DNA of 63,421 bases, the filler included, from Chiloscyllium plagiosum (Eukaryota), in the NCBI RefSeq assembly GCF_004010195.1. It is 5 parts of one record of this genome, joined end to end, with 100 filler letters (N's around TTAATTAATTAA, not from the genome) between each part and the next. Parts side by side here need not be neighbours in the genome. Positions count along the whole stretch, not along the records: positions 31,056 to 39,540 come from NC_057717.1; positions 39,641 to 57,320 come from NC_057717.1; 3 more parts are not named here. One strand, 5' to 3'. Positions 38,636 to 51,760 of the stretch are shown here, piece after piece. How positions within the stretch are numbered: the first letter of the stretch is position 1; every line of letters begins with the position of its first letter. Made by a program: the position numbers and the translations under genes. The notes under the pieces were generated by a model. It ran no database searches. It was not told where the DNA came from and worked only from the letters and a program-made list of their open reading frames with translations.

Positions 38636-39363
38636 TGTTACGTGACGTGGTAAACCCCCTCTGCTAATGTAAAACAGCAAAACAGGAAGGATTCACCCCG
38701 TGCTGTATTCTGTTAAAATTCAAGAGGCAAAGAACTATCCCAAAAATTAGTATTTAAAGTTAAAAATAAAAACTTTATTTTTTTTTACATTTGACAGAGA
38801 AAATCAACTTAAAATTACTTACAACTCCTTTCTCTGAATCGGTCTTTAACCTTCTGCTCTACAATACCTTCCCCATCCACGACCCCATTAACATTTACCA
38901 AAAAATTCAAATTTAAAAACCAACCAGTTGTCGAATGTTCTCTTTGTAGCTTCATCTGTAGATTTATTTCTCCAGGTCGGTGTGATGCTTTTTTCTATGC
39001 AATCTATTTCTCCAGATAGTCACCTCTTGGAAAATTTACGAACATCCTACATCTGTTGGTCTTTTAGCTGCTCTTTTTGCTGTTCTTTGTCGCTCTGGGT
39101 AACTGTTCCAAATGTCCGATATTTGTCCCACAAAACGTCGGATCGTTTCAATGGTTTTTAACATTGTAAATATACCAAATTCAAACTGGATTGGGGCATA
39201 ATTTAAACTGAATGGCTGAATTCCAATTTGTTTTTTGTATCCATGTAACACAGCTCTTAGTTGTTTCGATCTAATGTTATGTTGTTACCTTGTTCTGGAC
39301 TCCTTGTGCTAGCCAGACATTTCAACACCATTAAAAGTACATTACACCCAAAACTTCATAACA
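38636..39363 (-). mobile_element. solo Gypsy LTR (728 bp) with perfect 4-bp TSD
   Basis: TGTTA...TAACA termini flanked by CTGG at 38632-38635 and 39364-39367; homologous to the LTR at 14003. Confidence 0.9.
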
Positions 39364-39540
39364 CTGGCATTTGCCAAGACAGTCGATTTCGCTCAACATT
39401 GGTCTCTGTCAATCTCATGTGCCGAGATTTGAACTATCTCCGGTCTATATTAAACAAAACTGCCCTATTCATATAACCTCAGATTTAACACGCCCCCTTA
39501 TGTATGCCTTACAATATTAATTGATTCCTCACTGTGTTAC

Positions 39541-39640
39541 NNNNNNNNNNNNNNNNNNNNNNNNNNNNNNNNNNNNNNNNNNNNTTAATTAATTAANNNN
39601 NNNNNNNNNNNNNNNNNNNNNNNNNNNNNNNNNNNNNNNN
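39541..39640. other. artificial contig linker
   Basis: N44-TTAATTAATTAA-N44. Confidence 0.95.
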
Positions 39641-40145
39641 AATGTAGTGTACAAAATACCATGCAAGGACTGCACAAAACACTATATAGGACAACCAGGA
39701 AGACAGCTAACAATCCGCATACATGAACATCAACTAGCCACGAAACGACACGACCAGCTATCCTTAGTAGCCACACACGCAGACAACAAGCAACATGAAT
39801 TCGACTGGGACAACACTACTATCAGAGAGCAAGCCAGACAGAGAACAGCCAGGGAATTCCTAGAGACATGGCATTCATCCACAAACTCCATCAACAAACA
39901 CATCGACCTGGACCCAATATACCAACCACTGCAGCGGACAGCTGAAACTGACAACCGGAAGCGGCAGGGACAGACCACTATAAACACCAGAGGAAACATC
40001 AAAGAAGCGCTTCACAGGAGGCTCCCAAGCACTGATGATGTCGCCTGGCCAGGGGACGAAACGTTTGCAACAAAAACGTCCAGCTCGGCGAACAGAACCA
40101 CAGCAACGAGAACCCGAGCTACAAATCTTCGCACAAATCTTGAAA
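39641..40145 (+). mobile_element. Penelope-like element 3' end: GIY-YIG endonuclease plus pLTR hammerhead
   Basis: NVVYKIPCKDCTKHYIGQPGRQLTIRIHEH..REFLETWHS..SINKHIDLDPIYQPL; GCA-CTGATGA..GAAACGTTTGC at 40029-40068. Confidence 0.92.
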
Positions 40146-40229
40146 ATTCCTGCCCAATGCTGTCAAAATTGACCTAGCTGCAATTCATAACTCAGCTTGT
40201 GGGCAGGATGTAAAATTTTCGCATGACTT

Positions 40230-42900
40230 AAAACATAGAACATTGCAGCAGTGTACAAGCCCTTCATCCCACGATGTTGTGCTGAACAGTGATCTGAACC
40301 AAAGATCCATCTAACATGCACACGATGAAAGTATTGCCATATTTGTGTTTGTTCAGCAGTAATTTAAATGCCCCTAAGTGTCTGACTCTTCTACAACCGC
40401 TGGCAATGCATTCCACGCACTACCATTATATTTGCTGAAAGAAGCTACCTCTGATACCTCGCTCCTGTCTTCCTCCAATCAATTTAAAATTCAACTCCAG
40501 GAGACAGCTATTTCTGTCGTGGGGAAATGTCTCTGGCTCTCTACGCTATCTGTCTCTCATTATCTTATTCGCCTCTATCAACTCATCTCTCTTCCTTCTT
40601 CCCTCTACTGTTCAAAGACCTCGCACATATATGCTCTCATCAGAAGGCCAGTCCTCCAATCCAGGCAGCATCCTTGTATATCCTTGATAATGAAGCGACC
40701 AGAACTGGACACAACATTGTACTTATGGTCTGAAAAGAGTTTTATTGAGCTGGAGGAAAACCTGGCGACTTTTAAACTTAATAGCCCTGTTACTGAAAGC
40801 CAAAGGGTCATACTCCTTCTTAGCAACGCCATCAACCTGGGTGGCAAATTTAGCGATCTATCTGCGTCGTCCCCAAATTCCCCTCCACACAGCCAAGAAT
40901 TATACCTTTAAACCTGCATTAAGATTTCATATTCGGCCTTCCAAAATGAATCAAATCGCGTTTGTCCAGTTTGAACGCCATCTGCCACTGCCCAGACCAG
41001 TTGTTAATTCTGTCAACGTCTTGATGTGACCTGTATCTGCCCTCGACACTACCTACATTATCACCGATCTTAGTGTCATTGGCAAACTTACTAATGCATC
41101 CTTCCACGTCTTTATCCAAATCTTTCGTATAAAGTGATTGTTCCTTACCTATATCTGAATTCCATCCATACTGCCTCAGCAGACAAACCATACTCAACAA
41201 TCTTCTTTTCTACAACTGTGCTACACTGTCTAATTAAGTGTTTATCCCCATCCTCTTTTAAACAACCCCTATTCTTTTTAAAATGATTTAAGACCGGAAG
41301 ATCCCACAACCATGTCTATCCCGATAAAATCAATGACTCCGTTATCGTCACAACATTTTTGTTGCAAGTACTCATCCATGCTCTCGGTTCATCACTCTTA
41401 TTCCTGAACTCCTTGCATTTAAACAGATAAACGTCAACCCACCCCTTTGGCCTATCAACTGCATATAGTTCCTGACAGATTCTCTGCATTCTGTTTCTGC
41501 ATGTTCAACAACTACCGTCTCCTCAGATCTGGAGCACTTGTTCCCATTTCTGTGCCAAATGAGCATAACCCTCCCAAGTGCTCCAGCAAATTTCCTGCTC
41601 ATGATAGGAGTGTCTCTCCTGTTTATGCGAAAGTCATATACCTAATCTGCAGTTCTCACTTTCCCCAGAAGGTAGCCCAAAGATGTGGCATCAGAAGCCC
41701 TCTCTCTTGTAACAGCCGTGTAGCCACGTGTTTTATGTGAACTTTGTCCCTGTTTCTCAGCTCACTAGCACGTGGCACCGGAGTAGTCCAGAGATTTCTA
41801 CTCTGCTCTTCCTGCTTTTTAGCCTACAGTCTAACTCCGTGAAATCACATGTGAGATCCTCAACCCTTTTCATCCTCAATGTGAACCACAACTTCTGGTT
41901 GTTTGTGGTGCCCCCACAGCATCCTGCATACTCGATCAGAGCCATCCTGATGGCTGGCACCTGGGAGGCGCCATTCATTCGCAAAGTCTTGCACAGAAAC
42001 ACAAAATCCCTTGCTCGATGCTATAATTGTTGAGTATCCTACCATGAACGCAATTCTATTCTCTCACCGCTTCCTTTCTGACACACAAAGCCAGGTTCAG
42101 TGCCAGAGACCTGGCCACTGTGGGTTTCCCCTGTTAGGTCGTCTCCCCCAAAAGGGTGTCCAAACTTGTCTACTTACTCTTGAGGGGAAGAAGCAAAGGG
42201 AATCCCTGCAATGTCTGCCTGTTCTCTTTCCGTCCAGTGACTGTAATCCAACTCTGCTTTTCCTGTACCAAACGTGAGAATACCTCCTTGTAACTCCTTT
42301 CTCTTACCCTCTCCGTCTTCCAAATTTTCAAAAGTTCATCCACCTCCAGCTCCAGTTTCCTTACGCGGTTTATCAGATGCTGGAGTTTGGTGCTTTCCTG
42401 CAGGTGAAGTTAGTGGCGGAACGAGCAGTGATTCTTAACTCTCACATTCTCCAGGACGAGCACGCAAATGCCAAATCAAGAATTCCCACTGTTCTGAATT
42501 CCCTAAGACACAATTGGAAAACACATTAAACCTTTCGAATGGCCGCAAAGAACCTGTTTTATTTTTGTTGAGAAGAGGAGGATGGGTTGAAGACACTGAC
42601 AAAGTAGTGTTTCTGATAAAGCAACCGGCCAAAAATATTATCTCAGTTACTCAGCAGTCCCGTGTGTGTTCCTGCTCAGCATGCACTTCGGCTATAAATA
42701 AAATAAGGTTTTAAAGGAGGAATTTAATTTAACTTCTTGGCAGCCTCCTCATCCTCGCTGTCACTGCTTCTGCAAAAATTGATGCCGCTGATTGCACGAG
42801 TTAATTTATAAAGAAGACATTTATCTGCCCGGTGGTCCTGGATCTCCTCGCTCCCACTGCAGCTGCAAACATTGAGCTGCCGCGGGAGCACTTAGACTGA
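40230..42900 (-). mobile_element. old internally deleted CR1 (tail, RT, APE start, ORF1, 5' UTR)
   Basis: SKFANDTKIG, WQMAFKLDK, ICLNARS, QPEVVVHI and RVEISGLL remnants in the expected order. Confidence 0.8.
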
Positions 42901-44442
42901 GGACTGGGGGCTGCCAGGAAAGGACATTGCTTCTATGTAAAATAAATGTCTTGCCTTTATTTGTTTTAAAACTAACAACATACGATCACTGGTTCCAAAC
43001 TTTTCCCCCGCAAACAACTCAGTTGCTTATCCTGCGTTATTTCAGGAATGATCTTACTGAATAGGTAAGGCAGGCTTAAGGGGCCGAATGATATACCTCT
43101 GGGAGAAGTACCAGGATTTTATTCAGATTGAATCTGGGTTTGCAACATCATCAATGTATATTCAAAAACTTCAGAGAGGGAGTGCTCTGAAAAGGGGGCT
43201 CTCTCATTCCCAACCCTAGTTTTCCAAGAAAATTTTCAAACCATTTTTGTCTTTATTCGTTATGTTGACGAGTGAAGGAACAATCGGACATCGACGTGCC
43301 TCTTATTCTTCGATCTGTTTCCCTAGTTTTAATCTCCCATGTAAGTGTAAACCTCTATCAGGCACACAACTGATACACACTCTTCAAGGTCTCACATGCA
43401 TCAATATGACTATCTTTTATTATCAGGCCAAATCTGCAAACCATCCATAAATCTTCACGAGTAATTATATTTTGCATTTTTCAATTAAGACGATAAAAAC
43501 ATCACGTAGTGCATCAGGTGTAGTCTGAGTAATACTCTGCGTACATGCAGCAAAATGTTCCAATTATTATACTAATGCAGTTTGCCAAAAATAATGCACG
43601 TGCCTTCCTGATCACTTACTGCAGATGTACACTAATGTACCTGAACCGCGTGGCTGGACATTGAATTCGCTTCTGTACTGAGTTCTGCAAACTCTCACCT
43701 TGTAAGCGTAACTTTGTCATTCTGTCAAAGCACAAATTTCTCAGAATCCACATTACAGTCTTTCTGATCAAGGTTTTCTCACTGAGCTTCCTTGTCTATA
43801 TTCCATTGCAGACTCTCTTTCTCTGCTGACAGCTTATTAAATGACTATTTTGTGGATGGGCTGCATGAGACCCAATTAATTCCGTACCCTGTTCCACAGG
43901 ACTAACATAGATTTTAGTCACAGATGACCTCACACGGAACCCAGAGGCACTACGTTCATTACAGCTTTGCAACTTGAAAATAATAAAAACAAATCTCTAC
44001 TCCCTATTTCCTTTTAGCTAACTAGGGCTCCCCTGTTATTGTGAAGTTGCCAGAGATATTGAATGTTCGTTTGCAGTGCTGTATAATTACACAAAGGTCT
44101 AATTCACTTCAGTCTATTCCTGTGTTAGTCCTTAAGGGGCAGAATGGTCTCCGTGTCACATTGTAACTAAATGGAGTGGCAGAATGGGATCACCCTTAAC
44201 CTCTGTTTCAGCGTTGAGGTTTTTAATGAGAGAGCAACAAATGGGTTGGGAGAACACATTAGCCATTCGGTCCCACGAGCCTCCTGCACCATTCTGGATG
44301 CTCATTATGGCTGAACATCCCTTTCCTGTTTTTCCCAAATAACTGTTGAGACTGTTTTCCTTGAAATGCCAGTCGAACTCAGCCTTGAAGTTCATGAATG
44401 ACTCAGTCTTCCCACTTCGCTGGGGATGAAGACTTAACCCAA

Positions 44443-44605
44443 AGAAAAAAAGGGACAATCTTGTCGCAATGAGGGACGTTTGTGAAAGTGAGCTAACGGC
44501 AGAACTCTCCACTTTTTTGAAACAGAAAAAAAGGGACAATGTTGTCGCAATGAGGGACGTTTGTGAAAGTGGGCTAACGGCAGAACTCTCCACTATTTTG
44601 AAGCA
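44443..44605. repeat. 81-bp tandem duplication
   Basis: agaaaaaaagggacaat..gcagaactctccact starts at 44443 and 44524. Confidence 0.9.
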
Positions 44606-44709
44606 GAAGGACATAACACTTAGGAAGATACAGGCCATTACTCCCCTGAATTCAGTAACATATTATCTTTCACTCTTCAATCAGGTATTAGGCAACCTCA
44701 CCTTACAAG

Positions 44710-45020
44710 GCTCGGCAAGTTGGCTCAGTGATCAGCACTACCGCCAAACACTATCATGGACCCTGGTTCGATTCCAGACTCGGGAGACTGTCTGCGTGAA
44801 GTTCCACATTAACCCCGTATCTGCGCGAGTTTGCTCTAGCTGCTCTGCTTCCTCCCACAATCCAACGAAATACGGATTAAGTGAACAGCCCCTGTTAAAT
44901 TGCCCAACCTTTTTCAGGTATGTGCATTAGTTAGGCAAAATGTCAGGAATGGGTCTCGAGTGGGACAGTCTTCAGTGGTTCGGTGTGGATTTATTGGACC
45001 ATATGGCCTGTTTCCACAAC
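44710..45020 (+). mobile_element. degenerate HE1/V-SINE
   Basis: tggctcagtgatcagcact..ggttcgattcc head and ggcctgtttccac tail. Confidence 0.75.
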
Positions 45021-45549
45021 AACATCAGATTTCCAAATCACTTCAAAATATATCTTGACATCAAGAGATGATTTGAAAAAAGAACAAAATTTGTACATGT
45101 TATTCAGCAGGTCTGCTCTGCTGTTCGATCATGGCAGATATGTTCGTCAACACCATTCCCCTATTTTCTCCCCATAACACACGATGACCTTTCCAATCAA
45201 CAGCTTCCCTATCTCTGTTCCAAAAAAAACTAATGTATCTTTGTGTGTCTAGGTGATGTGTGTATTTTTGGTTCTGTGTCTGTGTATCTTAATCTGTGCT
45301 GGTCTGTGCTTTTCTCTGTGTGCTTCAGCGTGTATGTGTTATGCTTGTGTGTTTTTGCATTTGTGTTTTGCTAAATCAATGTGTATATTTCTGTGAGTGT
45401 TAAAAAGGTGGATATCCCTGAGCCACTTTATCCAACCTGGTGCAATATTGTGCAATAGGTTGCTTAGCTCTCCCTACACCCGACTATTGTGCAAGTACTG
45501 TGGCAGCATAGTCTTCCTGTTTGTTTGACACGTAAAGGTGGAAATGTTT

Positions 45550-45722
45550 CTCAGGTTTCCTCCCACAGTCCAAAGATGTGCAGGTTAGGTGAATTGGCCA
45601 TGCTAAATTGCCCGTAGTGTTAGGTATGGGGTAAATGTAGGGGTATGAGTGGGTTGCGCTTCGGCGGGTCGGTGCGGACTTGTTGGGCCGAAGGGCCTGT
45701 TTCCACACTGTAATGTAATCTA
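45550..45722 (+). mobile_element. 5'-truncated HE1/V-SINE
   Basis: ggtttcctcccacagtccaaagatgtgcagg...gggccgaagggcctgtttccacactgtaatgtaatcta. Confidence 0.85.
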
Positions 45723-45984
45723 AAAAATATATAGTTAGGCACAGCTAACGCCAGGGCTAATTGAAACGCCTATATAAAGGTGTTTAAAGCTGCTGTAGCA
45801 TCGTCATTCCACTACAGTCCAATCTTCTGACTTGTATGCCCTGCCTCGTTCATTCTTTTCATTAGGGGAATTTAGGTGTATTCCCCAATCCAATCTGAAC
45901 TAAATCTCGCCATCCCCAACTCACAATTTCTGATCCTCCCTGAATTTGCCTTCTCACCATAACCATTGGCCTCCTTACGTCTTT

Positions 45985-46106
45985 GTACTCTTCAAAGTTT
46001 GTGAGAAGATTTGTAGCTCGGGTGCTCGTTGTTGTGGTTCTGTTCGCTGAGCTGGGAATTTGTGTTGCAGACGTTTCGTTCCCTGTCTAGGTGACATCCT
46101 CAGTGC
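45985..46106 (-). mobile_element. PLE pLTR fragment with hammerhead ribozyme
   Basis: Reverse complement GCA-CTGAGGA-tgtcacctagacagggaac-GAAACGTC-TGC (46106-46067); same family as 40029-40145. Confidence 0.85.
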
Positions 46107-46129
46107 GTGTACTCTTCTGGAAAACTCCA

Positions 46130-47900
46130 GTTCAGTCTGGGTTGTTACTTTTATTTTGCCCTTGGGATGGCATCTGAAGAAAAGTGCCCCCAAACACATT
46201 CATTGTGCTGTTCCAGCACTGGCCAGATGGTGGCAAACATTTTCCCCCGGCTGCGTACATTATTTATATCTGTCGCGCCGATCACCTCAGTTGTCTCTGG
46301 CAACATCTTTCTGCCTTTCTCTCTATTTGTAGGTTCCTCCAGCTGCATTTGTGCCAAATTTATAAGCAAAGTCTCTATTAATCGGCCAACTTCATTCAGC
46401 CTTTCGATATCCATTCAGTGCATGGTTGATGTGATCTCTGAATTCCTGGCGGATCATTCACGTAGACCCACGACCTCCTCAAGTTTTGATTTGACATGAG
46501 GAAACATTGCGTCGACAATACCAATCCGGTACATTGTGGTCAATAGTTGACGACGTTCCACGCCTTGTTCTATTTTTAGCGTCCACCTTTTCAACTGGAT
46601 TTCTAGATTGACTGCTACGTTTACAGTGTCCCCCAGTGCATCACCTCTAAACGTTTTGGGATCGAACTTAAGTGGGCAATAATACATAATGGCCTGCCAT
46701 ACCTTTTGTCTTACTCGGTTAATCCCAGCACCGTCAATCATCAGATTGTCCACCACATTCTTTAGGCGAGCTTGGTCCATTAACTCTCTTAATTTTGGGA
46801 CTACCGCCTCCTTTATCAGCTATGCCTTCAAATCCCCCACAGCCAAAAACCTTCCTGTGAGTTCATCTTCAAATACTCTAATCTACTTTCCTGCTCCATC
46901 ATGTCAACTGTGTAACACATTTTTTCAGCCCTTCCTGATCCTGTGTTCCCCAAGGAAAGAATTGTGGTTATCTCCTCCCTTTTGGAGGAGGAGACGGCCC
47001 TCTCCGTTGTGGTGTCTTTCTCTTTATTAAAATTGCTGCATTGTGAATTCTCATCAGATTCCAAGTCTGACTCTACTTCGACTTCCTCTCATTCTTTTCC
47101 CACTTGCTCTGCATCCTGCGCTCCCTTCCCCCATTACTCTCCCTATCACTCTCTGTCTGTCGCTACTCAAAATTCCTGCAATGACTTAGATATGCCTCAC
47201 TTTCTCTTTTTGCTATTGGTGTGGGTAACGTCTAAATTTCATCTTGCAATCTCTCTGGTTTCTGTTGTCTAGCTTCTAATGCTTCTTGCCTCTTCTCCTG
47301 TTCTGCCTCTAGGCTCATTATTAATATATTCAGCTCTTCATCAGTTTCTTCCTAATTCGATTCTCCCTCTATGTCCACCGTCCCCCTTAGTACAAGGTAC
47401 TGTGTCACATACTCTTTGCCTGAATAGGGAGCGGATTTTCCAAATCCTTTAAATCGGGATACATAAATGTTTTTCTCTTGCTGAGCTTACATTTCTAAAG
47501 TGTCTTTGTTCTACTCTGAACACGTGGAGATTTTCTCCTCCAGAGTCTTTGATTCCAAAAGCTGTTTGTTTTGATCTCTGGCAACCCCACCAAAACACAT
47601 CTTGTAGTAACGGTGCCTGAAACACTTTACTCAATTCTTCAACCTCAATTCCATGAAAAAGCTTTGCGATGTCTGCCTCCTGTTCCCCTTTCTGTATTAT
47701 CTTTTTAAATTTATCTTTAGGTCAGTGGTTCTTAATTAACCCTTCCATTTCATCACGCATGTTTCAGTCAAAGGTACTGACTTTTGGTCATTTATTCAGT
47801 GAGCTCTTAATTCTTTTTCCACATTTTTCAGAAATTTTGTGATATTATTTCTTGATACGTGGAATTTCTTATTCAATATTTCAACTGCAGTCCCTTTATC
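46130..47900 (-). pseudogene. gag: endogenous retrovirus-like gag, copy 1 (lokiretrovirus-like)
   Basis: PWGTQDQEGLKNVL..HDGAGK*IRVFEDELTGRFLAVGDLKA..DGAGINRVRQKVWQAI..FDPKTFRGDALGDTVN..KRWTLKIEQ..LLTTMYRIGIVDAMFPHVKSKLEEVVGL..LINLAQMQLEE, preceded by an acidic/coiled-coil N-terminal part. Confidence 0.75.
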
Positions 47901-48599
47901 GATCGTTAAAATTACGTCAGTACAATTATGATGTAGTCATTGTTTTTAAATTTAAACGGTCTTTCTCGGTTTGGAAAATTTGTGTATTCTCCACCATTTT
48001 ATTTTTAATTGTCTCTTACCAATTTGCCGGCTTTCAATTTCACTCACCATCAATAATAAGAACAATAAAACATTCTTTCCTTCCATGTTCTGTGCGTGCA
48101 GTACCTTGTTATTTTTTCTCAGGTCAGTATTCACTGAACTTTCTCTCCTGCCTATACACTCCCTTCTTCTTTCTTAGGTCTGTTTTCCGCAGGGACATAC
48201 TTGCACCTCGTGGAATTGTATCGCAGTCAATATCTTTGTTCTACACCTACTCATCCCTCTGCACGGTTTTCCTGAACGATCATCTGCGTCTCCCAAAACT
48301 TTAACTCACCATTTACCTTATATTTCTTTGGATCGGAGAAACCCTTGGGAGTTTGCTTGCACTTCTGCGTTCCCGAGGACTGCCTTTATTTGGCAGAATA
48401 CAGTCCAAATTAGCAGCAAAACGATTAACTTTTCTGAGGGTGGTCAAGTATTTATTCTGTTAATCTCAGGGGTGTCATCAGTTAAACGGGAAAGTACCCT
48501 GCAGCTGCCGCCTCTTTTCAGAATGAGTCTCCCTTTCCGAAGCTGCTGCAGTGTTGAACTTGCTTTGGAAAGATCACCCAATTCGGTGCAAAAAATAAC

Positions 48600-48995
48600 A
48601 GTTGATAGAGAAAATCATTCATAAAGTTAAACGGTTATTTAGAAATACAATCTGTGACAAAGAGAAAATGTATTTTCTGTCTGTCCTCCCCCAACCTGGA
48701 GCTTCTCCATTTGATAATTTTATAATTCCAGCGCTACTCTGATAGCATTAGCATAAACAATCATACTAGCTTGCGTTGTCTTTCTAAACTTATCATCTTC
48801 TGCCACACTGGTCTACTGCTGATACTTGCCCTATGACATTATATCACCATCATCTTTAGCATAAGCTCATCTATTACGTTATTTAATTAGCCCATCATAG
48901 TGTGCTACCATTATCTGTTACCAGAATCCTGTGCGTGCATTGCACCACTGCCTTAACTGCATAAATGCCAAATTAACTTCCAAATATTCCAAACA
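48600..48995 (-). mobile_element. putative 5' LTR of ERV copy 1
   Basis: Minus strand starts TGTTTGG at 48995, has TATAAAAA at ~48725, ends ~TCTATCAAC, and is followed by a ~700-bp leader and gag. The PBS is degenerate. Confidence 0.5.
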
Positions 48996-49039
48996 TGCTG
49001 ACCAAAGAACTCGGTGGGGTTTATGGTGACTGGGCTGTT

Positions 49040-49720
49040 TTTTGGGGGGTTATTCATTTGTGCGAAATGGGCTTCGTTATCTGGCCTGTATTTATTACAC
49101 ATTACGAATTGGCTTTCACAGATAGGGTTGAATTTACTTCTTGCACAGCAACAGTGACGGAATTGTTACATATTTACAAGTCAGGATGGGGAGTGCCTTG
49201 AAGGGGTACTTGAAGATTATGGGGTTCCCAGATGTCGTTTGCACATGTCCTTCTGGTTGGAAGCGATCCTGCGTTTCGAGGTTGATGTCTGAGGAAATTT
49301 GGTTCGTTTCTCCAGTGTATATTCAAAATAGTACACACTGCTACTACTGAACGTTGTGTCGGATGGAGTGATGTTTTAAAGTGTTGTTGCAATGAAGCTG
49401 TCTGCTCTGTCATGAATAGTGTAAATCGTCTTGAGTTTGTTGGACTGCACTCATCTAGGCGAGTGGGGAGTATTCCATTACCGTTTTGACTTGTGCTTTG
49501 TGGATGTTGGATAAAAGTTAAAGAGTCAGGAGGTGAGTTAGTCCTCATAGCATTATAAACCACTGATGTGTTCTTGCAGTCACTGTGTTCATGTGGCGAG
49601 TCTGGTTGAGTTCTGTTCAATGATAACCACTTGGATGCTAACACTGGGGATGTCAGTGATAGTGGCATCAGTGAGTGTCGAGGGGTAGTGATTAGATTGT
49701 CCAGTCTTGGTGATGATCAT
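49040..49720 (-). mobile_element. LINE (CR1-group) 3' fragment
   Basis: Same family as 55350-56500; decayed RT C-terminal remnants. Confidence 0.55.
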
Positions 49721-50220
49721 NNNNNNNNNNNNNNNNNNNNNNNNNNNNNNNNNNNNNNNNNNNNNNNNNNNNNNNNNNNNNNNNNNNNNNNNNNNNNNNN
49801 NNNNNNNNNNNNNNNNNNNNNNNNNNNNNNNNNNNNNNNNNNNNNNNNNNNNNNNNNNNNNNNNNNNNNNNNNNNNNNNNNNNNNNNNNNNNNNNNNNNN
49901 NNNNNNNNNNNNNNNNNNNNNNNNNNNNNNNNNNNNNNNNNNNNNNNNNNNNNNNNNNNNNNNNNNNNNNNNNNNNNNNNNNNNNNNNNNNNNNNNNNNN
50001 NNNNNNNNNNNNNNNNNNNNNNNNNNNNNNNNNNNNNNNNNNNNNNNNNNNNNNNNNNNNNNNNNNNNNNNNNNNNNNNNNNNNNNNNNNNNNNNNNNNN
50101 NNNNNNNNNNNNNNNNNNNNNNNNNNNNNNNNNNNNNNNNNNNNNNNNNNNNNNNNNNNNNNNNNNNNNNNNNNNNNNNNNNNNNNNNNNNNNNNNNNNN
50201 NNNNNNNNNNNNNNNNNNNN

Positions 50221-51760
50221 CAATATGTTGGCAATGTTGCGATGGATTTCCCTTGGTTTTCCTGAAGCCCATAAGGTTCCAGAGCGGCCCAAAGAGATGG
50301 CAAACTCCATAAGCATAAACAGAAACAGTATAGATACCTGCGTTCTCATATTCCATCAACTCACATGCTGCTGGTAGTGCCTTAAACTCAGCTAGCTGTG
50401 TTAGCAAGGTTGTGGACAGGCCGCCAATTTAATTCTAAACAGAGAGCGCTTTTTGCTGTGCTACTGAAAACCCTGCATGATTTGCATCACGGGATCTATA
50501 ACATGAACCATCAACAAAGAGAACTTTTTATCCTCATCAGGCAGCGGCTCAGAGCAGAAGTCAGCCCTCAATTCAGAAAATGTAGTTATCTTCCCTGCGG
50601 AATCATGGGGCTCTCCTTCATGTATTAATGGAATGTAGGCTGCTATGTTCCTTAAAACACATCTGCGTATAATGATATCAGGAAACGTCAAGAACATCCG
50701 ATATGCCCTTACCCTGGTAGGCATCAATACAAATTACCCTCTTTCTAACAATTCTGCAGCCTTGTGGTGCGTGTACAAGATCACAGGCCAGCCCATCGTT
50801 ACGGAAGATGCGTTTTTGTATGTAAAATGAGCCACCGCAATCCCCTGGTAACAAGCTTGATATCTCTGAGCCACTTCATCCGAATATCATCAGCGTCCTC
50901 GGTTTTGAAACCACTTCAACCTCATTTGGGTTCCGCACCAAGTCTATAAAAGCTTCAACTTTAACATACTTCATATTTACAGATTTCTAGACCCCTTGTG
51001 TTTTTATTCGCCAATCACTAATCATTTCTGTACGCGTTACCATGAGTCCCAAATCTTTGGCCTGATGTCCCTTATTTACGAACACCAATACATGGACGCA
51101 GTCCCTTGCACATTTTGACTTATTTGAAATGCTGCTCCCTACTTTCCTATTACTACACATTCACTCCTTTCATGCTGCGGGATGACAAGTTCACAGCGCT
51201 GCCGCTCCTCTTATACTTTGCTCTGAGTCTCGTCAAAAATCACTGTACAATGCGGTTCAGACCTGGACGGCTTAGCTTTAGACAGCAATGCCACAAGATC
51301 CTCCCTTCATTTTTCCCAAGTCTCTCAAATGTAACACTCTATGTCTCATATCCAATATACATTGGCATTCCTGTCCTCTTGCAATAGCAACTGAGAATTC
51401 CTCCTTTCTCCACATAATCCGGTTTGAGTATGTTCGAATTTAAATTTAAATTTCAGCAAGGCGTCTCTAACGAGCAAATTAATCGGCGCCCCCTGAGAGA
51501 TTAATAAAGACAAGACCACTGTTATACTATCCATTTGTAAACTTACTGCAGTTGTAAAACTGTAAGCCTGGATCCTACAGTCTAAATAAATTTACCAGAT
51601 ATGGGAAGGTAGGAGACATGTTGCGGTTGGACACAAGTACAAGTAGCTCAAGTGTCTATTATCATAGGCGTCAACCATACTTCTAAACTAAATTGTACAA
51701 AAGGTTCCTGTTCAGCCGTGCGTGTTGTTCTTTCCCCCTCGGGTTCTTGGGGCACACTGA
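50221..51760 (-). pseudogene. pol: ERV-like pro-pol: aspartic protease, 2H-phosphoesterase-like insert, RT core deleted, tether, RNase H
   Basis: EPFVQFSL..PMIIDT*ATCTC (51656-51648); PINLLVRDALLK; PHCT (51252) and HVL..NKGHQAKDLG (51094); jump at ~50885 to DEVAQRYQACYQGIA..ILYTHH..HEGEPHD; FVDGSCYR (50518-50495); TQLAEFKAL..IYTVSVYAYGVCHLFG. Confidence 0.85.

Noticed and set aside
44156..44930. Overlapping 153-160 aa ORFs with an internal repeat
   Set aside because: Explained by an 81-bp tandem duplication (a multiple of 3) plus CR1/SINE fragments.
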